A DNA stretch of 56,219 nt from Candidatus Eiseniibacteriota bacterium (lineage in GTDB: Bacteria; Eisenbacteria; RBG-16-71-46; DASYSL01), in assembly GCA_031431875.1 (NCBI GenBank), contig JANPEF010000147.1, positions 1 through 56,219 of the forward strand, in the 5' to 3' direction. Position 1 is the first letter of the stretch; every line of letters begins with the position of its first letter. Both the position numbers and the translations under genes were made by a program. Positions 47,683-56,219 of this stretch are shown here, one piece after another. Under the pieces are notes generated by a model. It searched no databases, was not told the DNA's origin, and worked only from the letters and a program-made list of their open reading frames with translations.

Positions 47683-48923
47683 AGCGAGCGCCGCGGCGGC
47701 ATCGCGAAGTTGGCGAGCAGGATCCCGGCGGCCAGTGCGGCGGCGAGCACGACGAGCGTGAACAGCGCCTCGATCCCGGGCACCACGTCCTTCGCCACCA
47801 GCGCCGACACGCTGCGCACGCCGAGGCTCCCCGGCACGAGCAGGATCAACGAGGGGACGATCGCCACGGCCGCCGGGCGGCGGCGCACTCGGGCATACAG
47901 GTTGCCCACCAGACCGACGGCAAACGCGGCGACGAGGATGCCGATCTCGGGCCCGGCCACCTGGCTGGCGACGCGCTGCGTGCCGTAGGCCACCGCACCC
48001 GCGACGGCGATCACGAACACGTCCCTGGGCCGCGCCCGGAACAGCACGGTCAACGCCAGAGGGGTGAGCGCCAGTGCGAGGCCCTCGGTCCACGCCGGCA
48101 GCGGTGCGGAAGGTGCGGCGACCGCGGCGGCGCCGACGAGCGGCTCGAGGCGCGCGCCCAGCGCAAGCCCGAAGCCGATGGCGAGGAACGTGAGGGCCGC
48201 GCCGGCCATGCGCGCCGTCCCCGAAACCAGGTGGCGCGTGGCCAGTTCGGTCAGCGCGACCGTGAGGGTGAGGCCGGGCACGAGCACGATGAGCCCTGCG
48301 ACCGCAGCCATCGCCGGCACCAGCGGCGCGAACACCAGCGCCCAGCCGACGGCCGCCGCAGCGGCGGCGAACGAGGCGATCCACTCGAAGACCCGCGCCG
48401 CGTCGCGGTGCCGCGAGGCGAGCCATGCGAACCCGCCGGTCTGCGCCCCGATCAGCGCGCCGACCACGACCTCGTTCCAGCCGCCCCCGAGGAAGCGCGC
48501 GACGGTTGCCGCGGCGAGGCCGTACGCCGCGATCGTGAGCACCGGTCCGTAGCGCGGCGGCCGCGCGGCGAGCGCGTCGAGTTCCGCGATCGCCGCCGCG
48601 GGCGTGAGGCGATCCGCCTGCACCTCGGCGATCACCTCGTCGACGTGCACCATGCGCTCGAGGCCGACCCCGGTGGGCTCGACGCGGAGCAACGTCGTGC
48701 GCGACTCCTCCTCGCTGCCGAAGGAAACGAAGATCGAGGTGGGCGTCGAGAAGAAGCGGCCCTCGATTCCGAGCCGCGGGGCGAGGACGGACATCGCCTC
48801 CTCGATGCGATGCGAGGGCGCACCCGACTCGTGGAGGGCCCGCGCAAGGCGCAGCAGGAAGCGTTCGGCCGCCGGCCGGGGTCCTTCTGCAACTTCGCTT
48901 TGTGCGCCTGATCCGCCGCTCAC
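47679..48923 (-). CDS. Threonine/serine exporter family (ThrE) protein
   Basis: ALHESGAPSHRIEE, FFSTPT, LIVLVPGL...ELA...LVSG, LILLVPGS. The GTG start at 48923 is inferred. Confidence 0.85.
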   Translation of the reverse strand: MSGGSGAQSEVAEGPRPAAERFLLRLARALHESGAPSHRIEEAMSVLAPRLGIEGRFFSTPTSIFVSFGSEEESRTTLLRVEPTGVGLERMVHVDEVIAEVQADRLTPAAAIAELDALAARPPRYGPVLTIAAYGLAAATVARFLGGGWNEVVVGALIGAQTGGFAWLASRHRDAARVFEWIASFAAAAAAVGWALVFAPLVPAMAAVAGLIVLVPGLTLTVALTELATRHLVSGTARMAGAALTFLAIGFGLALGARLEPLVGAAAVAAPSAPLPAWTEGLALALTPLALTVLFRARPRDVFVIAVAGAVAYGTQRVASQVAGPEIGILVAAFAVGLVGNLYARVRRRPAAVAIVPSLILLVPGSLGVRSVSALVAKDVVPGIEALFTLVVLAAALAAGILLANFAMPPRRSL

Positions 48924-48976
48924 ACTGGCCCTTTCGTAGGGTGAGGTGGCAGCGTAGCACAACCTCCGAAAGCGTT

Positions 48977-49005
48977 GCGGGTCCGTAGCTTCGCCACGGA
49001 CCCGC
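48977..49005 (-). terminator. Stem-loop downstream of the kinase gene
   Basis: gcgggtccgtagc-ttc-gccacggacccgc. Confidence 0.55.
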
Positions 49006-49045
49006 CGACCGCCATTCAAGTGAGTTCTGAAGTCGGAGACCGCTC

Positions 49046-51751
49046 CTAGGCGGCGCGCTGCTCACCCTCGCCATCCCCTGCAACCACGGTGGGAACCACC
49101 CCGCGCTTCCACTCGGCGCGCACGATCTCGATCTCGGAGTCGAGCGCTGCGATGCCGGCCTCGACCTCGTCGAGACCGTTGCCGACGGCAAGCGTGGCGA
49201 TTCGGTCGAGCACCCACTCGGCACGTCCCGCCCCCACCGAGCGGCACATGCCGGCCAGCGCCTGGGCCTGGAACTCGATCGCCCGCGCGTCCCTCCACTC
49301 GGCGGCCTTCTTGAGGCGCTCGATGGGCTGGCGCGTGCGGGTGAGGAATGCATCGATGAGCAAACCGCGGATCTCGTCGTTGCCCATGCTGACCGCGTCG
49401 AGGCTGGCCGCGTCGATCACCGCGAGGTCGCCCGCATCCCACGGACCGGGCGCCGGCACCAGCGACGGCGCCGGCGACGAAGCCTCGACGGGCGCCGGCG
49501 CTTCGTTCCAGGTCGGCTCGGGCATGGACTCGGCGATCGGCTCGTTCACCGGCTCGGCGACGAACTCGGCCTCCACCATGACCTCGGGCACGAACTCGGG
49601 CACGAACTCCGCCGCGGGCTCAGGCTCTGCCGCGGCTTCGGGCACGACGAAGTCCTCGTCTACGTTGACCCGCGACTCGGCGGGCGCCGGTGCCGGTGCT
49701 TCGGCCGCAGAAGCGGCCTCGGCCCAGCGGGCGACCGTGGCGACGAGCGCCTCGAGATCGACCGGCTTGCCGAGCAGGTCGTCGATGCCGGCCTCGGCGC
49801 AGCGCGTGCGATCCTCCTCGCGCACGCGGCCGACCAGCGCGACGATCGGCGTGCGCCGTCCGCCGGCGAGATCGCACGAGGCGCGCAGGGCGCGGGCGCG
49901 TTCGATGCCCTCGTCCCCCGCCGAGGCGACGTCGACGAACACGACGTCGGCCGGTTGCGTGGCCAGCGTCGCCGCGGCGGCCTCGACGTCGCCCACCATC
50001 TCGGGCGCGTAGCCGACCCGACGCAGTGCCGAGGCGATGACCAGCTGGTCGATCGGGTTGTCCTCGACGACGACCACGCGAACGCGGCTCTTCTTGAGCT
50101 CGGCCACCGTGTGTCGAGTCACCAGGCGACCGGCGGTTCCTGGCTCGTGCCCGATCAGCTCAGTCAGCGCGGCGCGCAGTTCGCCGCTCTCGATCGGGCG
50201 CACGAAGTAGGCGCCGTAGCCCCAGCTCTCGGCCCGGGCGGCGTCGCCCGGGCGGCCCATCGCGGTCACCAGGGCGAGCGGCGTCGTGGCGAGCGACGCG
50301 TCTTCGCGCACCGTGCGCGCGAACGTGTCGGCGTCGAGCTCGGCCAGCTCCAGGTCGACCAACACCGCGCCGTACGGCGCCCCGGCGGCAGCCGCGGCCT
50401 TCATCGCCTCGATCGCCTCGAGCCCGCCGCGTGCCTCGTCGCAGGTCGCGCCCCAGGCGCCGATCGCCTCGCGAATGGCGCCGCGCGAGGCGGCTTCAGC
50501 GTGGATCACCAGCGCCTTCAGGCGCGTGACATCGCCGCGCTCGGCCGACCACGGGGCTGTCGCCGGGCGCTCGGCCTGCTTGCCGAGCGGAATCCGGAAC
50601 CACAGCTTGGCACCCAGTTCCGGGATGCTCGTCGCGCCCGAGTCGCCGCCCATCAGCGCCACGAGTCGACGTGCGATGGTGAGGCCCAGCGCCCGGCCGC
50701 CGAAGCGGCTGCCGGGAGCGGGCTCGCCGCGGTACAGCGCGAGCAGGCCGGCCTCGACCTCGGGATCGCCGCCGAGCGACGAGCCGATGCGGTTCACCCA
50801 GATGCGGACCACCGCCTGGTGCGCGGTCTCCTCGACCAGTTCGACGCGCAGCTGCACTTCGCCGCCCTCGGTCTGGTCGAGCGCGCACTGCGCGAGCTGC
50901 AGCAGGATCTGGCGGACGCGACCCGGGTCGCCGTTGACCAGCGACGGCACGCGATGGTGCACGAGGCTCGAGAACTGCACCTTCGAGTCGTGCGCCTGCG
51001 TCGCCAGCAGCGAGGCGACTGCATCGACGGTGACGCGCAGGTCGAAGTCCATCGAGCCGATCGCGAGCTGGCCGGACTCGATGCGCGAATAGTCGAGGAT
51101 GTCGTCGACCAGCTCGAGCAGCTGCTGGCCCGAACCCTGGATCACCTCGGTCCAGGTGCGCTGGTCGCGATCGAGGTTCGAGTCGAGCAGCAGGCGGCTC
51201 ATCCCGATGACGCCGTTCATCGGGGCGCGCAGCTCACCGCTCATCGAGGCCAGGAAATTCGACTTGAGCTCGGCGCCCGCGGTCGCCTCCTCGAGCCGTG
51301 CCGAGAGTTCCTTCGAGCGACGCTTGAGGACGTCGAGTTCCGAGTGGATCTCGTGCAGGTCGTGCGCGGCGCACACGTAGGCCCTGCGGCCGTTGGCCGC
51401 GTTCGCCAGCCGGATGTGCAGGCCGACCCAGCGCGCGTCGACGCCGCCAGTCAAGATAGGCGCCTCGAGGTAGAACTCGGTCTTGCCGCGACGGCGCTCG
51501 CGCAGGATCGTGCGGGCCGCCTTCATCTTCCACTCCTCGGGGAAGAGGCACGAGAACGGCTCGCCCGCGACCGCGGCAGCATGCCGACCGGTCAGCGTCT
51601 CGGCGGCGGCGTTCATCCAGGCCAGGCGCCCTTCGGGGCTGGCGCAGAAGATCGGCGTCGGAATGAGGTCGCGCGGATCGAACGAGGGATTGGCGGCGGT
51701 GGTCGAAGCGCCCCCGGTCGGGGTCGCCTCCTGCGACGTGCGGTCATCCAT
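49046..51751 (-). CDS. Hybrid histidine-kinase-like protein (PAS-HisKA-HATPase-REC-REC-HPt), catalytically degenerate
   Basis: FLASMSGELRAPMNGVIGM, ILDYSRIESG, GDPGRVRQIL, VVEDNPID, HPt-like AQALAGMCRSVGA. Confidence 0.85.
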   Translation of the reverse strand: MDDRTSQEATPTGGASTTAANPSFDPRDLIPTPIFCASPEGRLAWMNAAAETLTGRHAAAVAGEPFSCLFPEEWKMKAARTILRERRRGKTEFYLEAPILTGGVDARWVGLHIRLANAANGRRAYVCAAHDLHEIHSELDVLKRRSKELSARLEEATAGAELKSNFLASMSGELRAPMNGVIGMSRLLLDSNLDRDQRTWTEVIQGSGQQLLELVDDILDYSRIESGQLAIGSMDFDLRVTVDAVASLLATQAHDSKVQFSSLVHHRVPSLVNGDPGRVRQILLQLAQCALDQTEGGEVQLRVELVEETAHQAVVRIWVNRIGSSLGGDPEVEAGLLALYRGEPAPGSRFGGRALGLTIARRLVALMGGDSGATSIPELGAKLWFRIPLGKQAERPATAPWSAERGDVTRLKALVIHAEAASRGAIREAIGAWGATCDEARGGLEAIEAMKAAAAAGAPYGAVLVDLELAELDADTFARTVREDASLATTPLALVTAMGRPGDAARAESWGYGAYFVRPIESGELRAALTELIGHEPGTAGRLVTRHTVAELKKSRVRVVVVEDNPIDQLVIASALRRVGYAPEMVGDVEAAAATLATQPADVVFVDVASAGDEGIERARALRASCDLAGGRRTPIVALVGRVREEDRTRCAEAGIDDLLGKPVDLEALVATVARWAEAASAAEAPAPAPAESRVNVDEDFVVPEAAAEPEPAAEFVPEFVPEVMVEAEFVAEPVNEPIAESMPEPTWNEAPAPVEASSPAPSLVPAPGPWDAGDLAVIDAASLDAVSMGNDEIRGLLIDAFLTRTRQPIERLKKAAEWRDARAIEFQAQALAGMCRSVGAGRAEWVLDRIATLAVGNGLDEVEAGIAALDSEIEIVRAEWKRGVVPTVVAGDGEGEQRAA

Positions 51752-51830
51752 GATCGTCACCCGTGGTTCGGGGCCTCCTGTCCGCTCCGGGCGCGGCCGC
51801 GACCGGGCGGGGCACAGGTCTACGGGCTGG

Positions 51831-51857
51831 ATATCGGCCCGCCTGGTGCGTTCCTGA
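51831..51857 (-). promoter_or_regulatory. Sigma28 (FliA)-like promoter upstream of the pseudokinase
   Basis: TCAG-N15-GCCGATAT on the minus strand. Confidence 0.38.
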
Positions 51858-51876
51858 ACCCCGTCGGGGAAGGGTC

Positions 51877-51904
51877 TTGCGCCGGAAAGGCCGGTGGATA
51901 CAAT
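51877..51904 (+). promoter_or_regulatory. Putative sigma70 promoter of the fasciclin gene
   Basis: TTGCGC-N16-TACAAT. Confidence 0.45.
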
Positions 51905-51984
51905 GGCGCTGAATCCCACGCACTCGATCGCCTGCACCTTGCGGGATTTCCCGTCGTGTTTCCGCCATGGAGGTTGTCTCCGTC

Positions 51985-52494
51985 ATGAAGAATCGCTCCC
52001 TGCTCGCACTGCTCGCGCTCACCGTCGCGATCGGCCTGTCCGGCTGCTCGTCGGCCTCGGGCCTGGTCAACCAGGCTTCGTCCCTGGGCTCGCTCGTCGG
52101 TGCGAACCCGAACCTGTCGACGTTCATGGGTCTCGCGCAGTCGTCGGGCATCGACAAGATGCTCACCGGCAAGAACCCGCTGACGCTCCTCGCGCCGAGC
52201 AACGACGCCTTCAAGGCGCTTTCGCCGGACATGCTCGCGGGCCTGATGAAGCCCGAGAACAAGGACCAGCTGAGCGGCATCCTCAAGAACCACATCGTGT
52301 CCGGTGGCGCATCGCTCGACGACCTGTCGAAGATGACGGGCACGAACTCGCCGAAGAGCCTGCTCGGCTCGACGATGGACGTGACGCAGGCGAAGGACGG
52401 CAGCCTCTCGGTCGGCGGCGCGAAGGTCGTCTCGAGCGCGAAGGCCGGCAACGGCTTCGTCCACACCGTCGACAAGGTCATCCTCCCGCAGTGA
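51985..52494 (+). CDS. Fasciclin (FAS1) domain lipoprotein
   Basis: Lipobox LSGC, TLLAPSNDAF, ILKNHIV, NGFVHTVDKVILP; GGAGG RBS. Confidence 0.92.
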   Translation: MKNRSLLALLALTVAIGLSGCSSASGLVNQASSLGSLVGANPNLSTFMGLAQSSGIDKMLTGKNPLTLLAPSNDAFKALSPDMLAGLMKPENKDQLSGILKNHIVSGGASLDDLSKMTGTNSPKSLLGSTMDVTQAKDGSLSVGGAKVVSSAKAGNGFVHTVDKVILPQ

Positions 52495-52507
52495 CGCATG
52501 AAGCCCG

Positions 52508-52534
52508 GGGCGACCGCCGCGTCGGCGGTCGCCC
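52508..52534 (+). terminator. GC-rich hairpin after the fasciclin gene
   Basis: gggcgaccgccg-cgt-cggcggtcgccc; no clear U-tract. Confidence 0.45.
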
Positions 52535-52626
52535 TATCGGCTTCGCCCTCCGCAAGACCCCCGCCGCCCTGCTTCACGTCCTCGCCACCCCACTCGTGTC
52601 CGCCGAGTTGATCTGGAGCGTGAAGT

Positions 52627-53973
52627 ATTCCTTCTGATCCCGAGGACCCGACCCCGACATCCGTTCCGGCGCTGACCGATCGCGAGGTCTACCAGGCCTG
52701 GTGGCCACTCGCCGCGAGCTGGCTCCTGATGGGCCTCGAGTTGCCGTTGGTCAGCGCCGTCATCGCGCGCCTGCCGCTGGCCACCGTGAGCCTCGCCGCG
52801 TACGGCGGCGTCGTCATGCCGCTGTCGCTGCTCATCGAGGCGCCGATCATCATGCTGCTCGCCGCCTCGACGGCGCTGGCACGTGACTTGTCGTCGTATC
52901 GCGTGGGCTCGCGCTTCATGTGGACCGCGGGGCTCGCGCTCACCGCGCTTCACGTGCTGGTCGCCTTCACTCCGCTCTACGACCTGGTCGTCGTCGGCCT
53001 GCTGCGCCCGCCGCCCGAGATCGTCGAGCCCGCCCGCATCGGCATGCAGATCATGACGCCGTGGACCATGGCGATCGCCTACCGTCGCTACCAGCAGGGC
53101 GTGCTCATCCGTTTCGGGCGATCGCGCGCGGTGAGCGTGGGCACCGCCATCCGCCTGGCGACGATCGCGCTCGTGCTCGGTGCCGGCGCCGCGCTGTCGA
53201 CCGCATGGCACCTGCCCGGCGTCGTCATCGGCGCCAGCGCGACGTCGCTCGGCGTCGTCGCCGAGGCGGTCTACGCGTGGATTGCCGTGCGCCCGCTGCT
53301 GGCCGGCCCGGTCAAGGCCGCGCGCAACGACGGCCGCCCGCTCGACACGGCGCGCTTCCTGCAGTTCTACATCCCGCTGTCGCTCACGCCGCTGTTCCTC
53401 TTCGCCTCCATGCCGCTGTCGACGGCGGCGATGGGCCGCATGCCGCTGCCGCTCGAGTCGCTCGCCGCGTGGCCCGCGATCAACGGACTCGTGCTGGCCG
53501 TGCGCAGCACCGGCTTCGCGCTCAACGAGGTCGTCGTCTCGCTGCTCGATCGCCCCGGCGCCGCCGCGGTGCTCTTCCGCTTCGTGCGTCGCCTCGCAAT
53601 CAGTATCGGGCTCGTGCTGCTCCTCCTGGCGGCGACGCCCCTGGGCGGGGTGTGGTTCGGTGCGGTGGCCGGCCTCACCGGTGCGCCGCTGGCGCTGGCC
53701 ATCGCCGGCCTGTGGTTCGCGCTGCCGATCCCCAGTTCGACCGCATTCCAGAGCTTCCACCAGGGCGCGATCGTCCACGGTCGCGCCACGCGCCACGTCA
53801 CCGAGTCGGTGCTCGTGCTCCTGGGGACGATCGCGGCGGTGCTGGGAGTGGGGATCGCGCTGGGGCGGGTCCCTGGCTTGCACGTGGCGCTGGCGGCGGC
53901 GGCGCTGGGAAACCTGGCGCAACTGGCGTGGCTCGCCCGCCGCTCGAAACAGGTGCTCGCCCGCGGGTTCTAG
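52627..53973 (+). CDS. MATE/MOP-like multi-TM transporter; start uncertain (ATT 52627, CTG 52672 or ATG 52729)
   Basis: WWPLAASWLLMGLELP, EAPIIMLL, RRYQQGVLIR, FYIPLSLT; ~12 TM helices. Confidence 0.75.
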   Translation: MPSDPEDPTPTSVPALTDREVYQAWWPLAASWLLMGLELPLVSAVIARLPLATVSLAAYGGVVMPLSLLIEAPIIMLLAASTALARDLSSYRVGSRFMWTAGLALTALHVLVAFTPLYDLVVVGLLRPPPEIVEPARIGMQIMTPWTMAIAYRRYQQGVLIRFGRSRAVSVGTAIRLATIALVLGAGAALSTAWHLPGVVIGASATSLGVVAEAVYAWIAVRPLLAGPVKAARNDGRPLDTARFLQFYIPLSLTPLFLFASMPLSTAAMGRMPLPLESLAAWPAINGLVLAVRSTGFALNEVVVSLLDRPGAAAVLFRFVRRLAISIGLVLLLLAATPLGGVWFGAVAGLTGAPLALAIAGLWFALPIPSSTAFQSFHQGAIVHGRATRHVTESVLVLLGTIAAVLGVGIALGRVPGLHVALAAAALGNLAQLAWLARRSKQVLARGF

Positions 53974-54166
53974 CCGGTCGCGCGTGGCTCACTCGTCCGC
54001 CTCGGCATCGCCACGCTCGTGGGCCCCGCGACCGGGCGGCCTGAGCCGAGGGCCGCTTCAATCTGCAACAATCACGACGCTTGCGTGATAGCCCGGGAAG
54101 GACCGATTCTCCCCGGGAAGCGCGCCCCCCCGGGACGCCGCCCCCGAACCCGTGGAGATCCAACCC

Positions 54167-54436
54167 ATGAACAGCGAAGATCCCAAGAAGGCCGACTTCT
54201 CGAATGTCGAATCAGGCGGCTCGTCGACCGCGCCCCATGCCCCGACCCCGCCGGCGGAATCGCCCCCGACCGAGATGGCCTACACCGTCTCCGCGGGCGA
54301 CAGCCTGTCGGTCATCGCGAAGAAGGTGTATGGCGACGCCAACAAGTGGCGCCTGATCTTCGAGGCGAACACCGACCAGATCAAGGATCCCGACCTCATC
54401 CATCCGGGGCAGATCCTCAAGATCCCCGCAGCCTGA
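54167..54436 (+). CDS. LysM peptidoglycan-binding protein
   Basis: YTVSAGDSLSVIAKKVYGDANKWRLIFEANTDQIKDPDLIHPGQILKIP; GGAG RBS. Confidence 0.93.
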   Translation: MNSEDPKKADFSNVESGGSSTAPHAPTPPAESPPTEMAYTVSAGDSLSVIAKKVYGDANKWRLIFEANTDQIKDPDLIHPGQILKIPAA

Positions 54437-54468
54437 TCGTGACGTTCGCTTCCAGGGAGGACTCTCGC

Positions 54469-54930
54469 ATGATGCGTCTCCGCTCGATCGCCCGGCTCGG
54501 CCGGTTCGCCACCGTCGTCACCCTCGCCATGCTTGCCTTCGCCGGCTGTGCGAAGAAGGAGGAGGCCGCGCCCCCTCCGGTTGCCGAAGCACCGAAGGTC
54601 GTGCCGTTCCGCGTCGTGTCGATGGACCTGGGCAAGCAGCTCGACGCGAGCATGCGCGTCGTCCAGTCGTCGGCCCTGTTCGGCGTGCGCGACACGATCC
54701 ACCTGGCGATCGCCAGTGAGGGCTCGTCGCCGAGCGTCACGCTGCGCGCCGTCTGGAAGTTCGAGGACGGGCAGACCGTCGGCGATGACGCCCAGGGCCT
54801 CGCCCCGACCGGCCCGGCGCAGACCGAGTTCCACATCCTCAACAAGTTGCCGTGGCCGAAGGGCAAGTACAACGTCGAGCTGTTCGCCGACACGACGTCG
54901 GCCGGCAGGAAAGAGTTCATCGTCCAGTAG
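54469..54930 (+). CDS. Hypothetical lipoprotein (Ig-like)
   Basis: GGAGG RBS, lipobox FAGC-AKKEE, WPKGKYNVEL. Confidence 0.8.
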   Translation: MMRLRSIARLGRFATVVTLAMLAFAGCAKKEEAAPPPVAEAPKVVPFRVVSMDLGKQLDASMRVVQSSALFGVRDTIHLAIASEGSSPSVTLRAVWKFEDGQTVGDDAQGLAPTGPAQTEFHILNKLPWPKGKYNVELFADTTSAGRKEFIVQ

Positions 54931-55216
54931 TCCGTAGCCGCCGCGCCAGGATCGCGCCCGAAGTCCGCGAGAACTCTCCCACCCTCGGAGGTCCCGCCTG
55001 CTTCGCACGAACGGATTCGTCATGGCCGATTCGCCCGCCCCGCCGATAACCCCGGCAGCCGGGTCGGGACATCCGCTTGTCATCATTCCAGATGCCGTCC
55101 CCCGGAACCCGATCCGCCCCGCGCGGACCGCGGCCTTCGTGTTGTCCTTCGCTGCTCGAGCCGTTCCCCAGCCGCCTGCGACGTGCGCGCGGCGTTCCCG
55201 TGCTGGAGGTGATCGC

Positions 55217-56219
55217 GTGCTTCATTCGTGGCTGTCCCGCTGTGCCCTCGTCCTCTCGACCGTCGCGCTGGCCGCGGCCGCCGCGGCCTCCCCGGCGCTC
55301 GCCCAGTTCACGGTTCAGCGCACGTCGTCGCCGATCTTCTACACGGACATCGGCGACAACCCGAGCCTGTCCTGCATGTACGTCGCGTACGAGGTGACGA
55401 ACACGAGCCCGCTGGCCGTGCCCTCGGCCTGGGTCGACCTCGGCAACTTCGGCGGCGGCCTGGTCGGGCTCGCCCCGGGCGAGGACGGCCGCGTGCAATT
55501 GGGATCGCTGGCCCCGGGGCAGAGCAAGACGGCGTTCTTCTACCTGCGAGCCACCGCGACGACCGCGGTGGACCAGGCGCACGACGTGCGCGTCTACACG
55601 GCGGAGCCCCCGGGCCCGCCGGCGCTGACCCAGTCGTTCGCCTTCACCGACGTCGTGAGCACGATCTCGGCCAGCGCGAACAAGGTGACCACGGTGGTCT
55701 CCGGCCCGACACCCCCGGGACTCGGCGGCATCGTCACCATCACCGTCACCGGCGAGACCGGCACGATCGGCGGCGCCGGCATTCTCTCCTTCACGCCGGC
55801 AGCGGCGGTGAGCTGGCTCCCGGCGAGCTATGAAATGGTCGGTAGCACGATCACGTTTTCTGGCAGTGCCAACGCCGGGGTGCTCACCGACAGCCTCTAC
55901 TACATCGCGCCGTCGAGCTCGGCGACCGACTACGTCGCCCAATACCGCTTCCGCGCGGTCAACACGACCGTGGTGCCGGTCGTGGTCACGCCGATCGGTT
56001 ACCTCTCGAGCGGCGCCCAGATCAAGCACACCGACACCGGCAACTTCGGCGGCTTCGGCACGGTCGTGTCGCCGACGAACTTCGTTCGCGCGAGCAAGCT
56101 GGTGACACCGGCCGTGCTCGACACCGGCGGCGTGGCCACGTGGACCGTGCGCTTCACCAACAGTGCCGCCTACGTCATCGACCTCGATGACATCATCGAC
56201 CGCCTGCCTGCCGGCGCGA
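55217..56219 (+). CDS. Large secreted surface protein with a DUF11-like repeat; 3'-truncated by the window
   Basis: GGAGGTGA RBS, GTG start, signal peptide MLHSWLSRCALVLSTVALAAAAAASPALA-Q. The frame is open to the window end and ends SKLVTP...ATWTVRFTN...IIDRLPAG. Absent from the ORF track because it has no stop. Confidence 0.78.
   Translation, partial: MLHSWLSRCALVLSTVALAAAAAASPALAQFTVQRTSSPIFYTDIGDNPSLSCMYVAYEVTNTSPLAVPSAWVDLGNFGGGLVGLAPGEDGRVQLGSLAPGQSKTAFFYLRATATTAVDQAHDVRVYTAEPPGPPALTQSFAFTDVVSTISASANKVTTVVSGPTPPGLGGIVTITVTGETGTIGGAGILSFTPAAAVSWLPASYEMVGSTITFSGSANAGVLTDSLYYIAPSSSATDYVAQYRFRAVNTTVVPVVVTPIGYLSSGAQIKHTDTGNFGGFGTVVSPTNFVRASKLVTPAVLDTGGVATWTVRFTNSAAYVIDLDDIIDRLPAGA

Noticed and set aside
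49560..49660. Short repeats (ctcgggcacgaa x2; EFVPEFVPE) in the kinase gene
   Set aside because: A low-complexity Pro/Glu linker within coding sequence, not a CRISPR or mobile repeat.
1..56219. CRISPR arrays, tRNA/rRNA, IS elements, integrases, prophage genes
   Set aside because: No regularly spaced repeats, RNA-gene signatures or transposase/integrase motifs were recognised by eye. Covariance-model searches were not run.

Overview
This is a very GC-rich diderm bacterial genome segment. The FlgD/T9SS-like C-terminal domains, the PorV-like barrel and the 'TWGxxK..Y(K/R)' tails suggest an FCB-related candidate lineage such as Eisenbacteria, Krumholzibacteriota or Latescibacterota (inference only). 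Left part: a 5'-truncated GH16 glucanase, a small secreted protein, etfBA, two tandem small outer-membrane barrels, acsA, a GH1 beta-glucosidase and a TerB-like gene. Centre: a ~24 kb translationally coupled minus-strand beta-glucan utilisation locus (10313-33924) with a LacI operator. It encodes a secreted TWG-tail protein, LacI, a tandem CBM9-like protein, a TonB-dependent receptor, a 1086-aa CTD protein, a PorV-like barrel, two GH144/PF10091-like glucanases, a stand-alone Cgs-type GH94 phosphorylase, a sugar ABC binding protein with two permeases, and an unassigned (alpha/alpha)6 enzyme. Right part: a cbb3 oxidase operon (ccoNO-Q-P-G-H-dsbD2-I-S), an ECF sigma/anti-sigma/ABC cassette, ThrE, a catalytically degenerate hybrid histidine kinase, fasciclin, MATE-like, LysM and lipoprotein genes, and a 3'-truncated DUF11-like surface protein. 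The best candidates for undescribed biology are the SusD-less TBDR/CTD-protein/PorV-like uptake module, the short C-terminal TWGxxK motif as a possible sorting signal, and the pseudokinase lacking both phospho-histidines. No rRNA, tRNA, CRISPR array or transposase was recognised. All family assignments come from motif recognition by eye, not from database searches.
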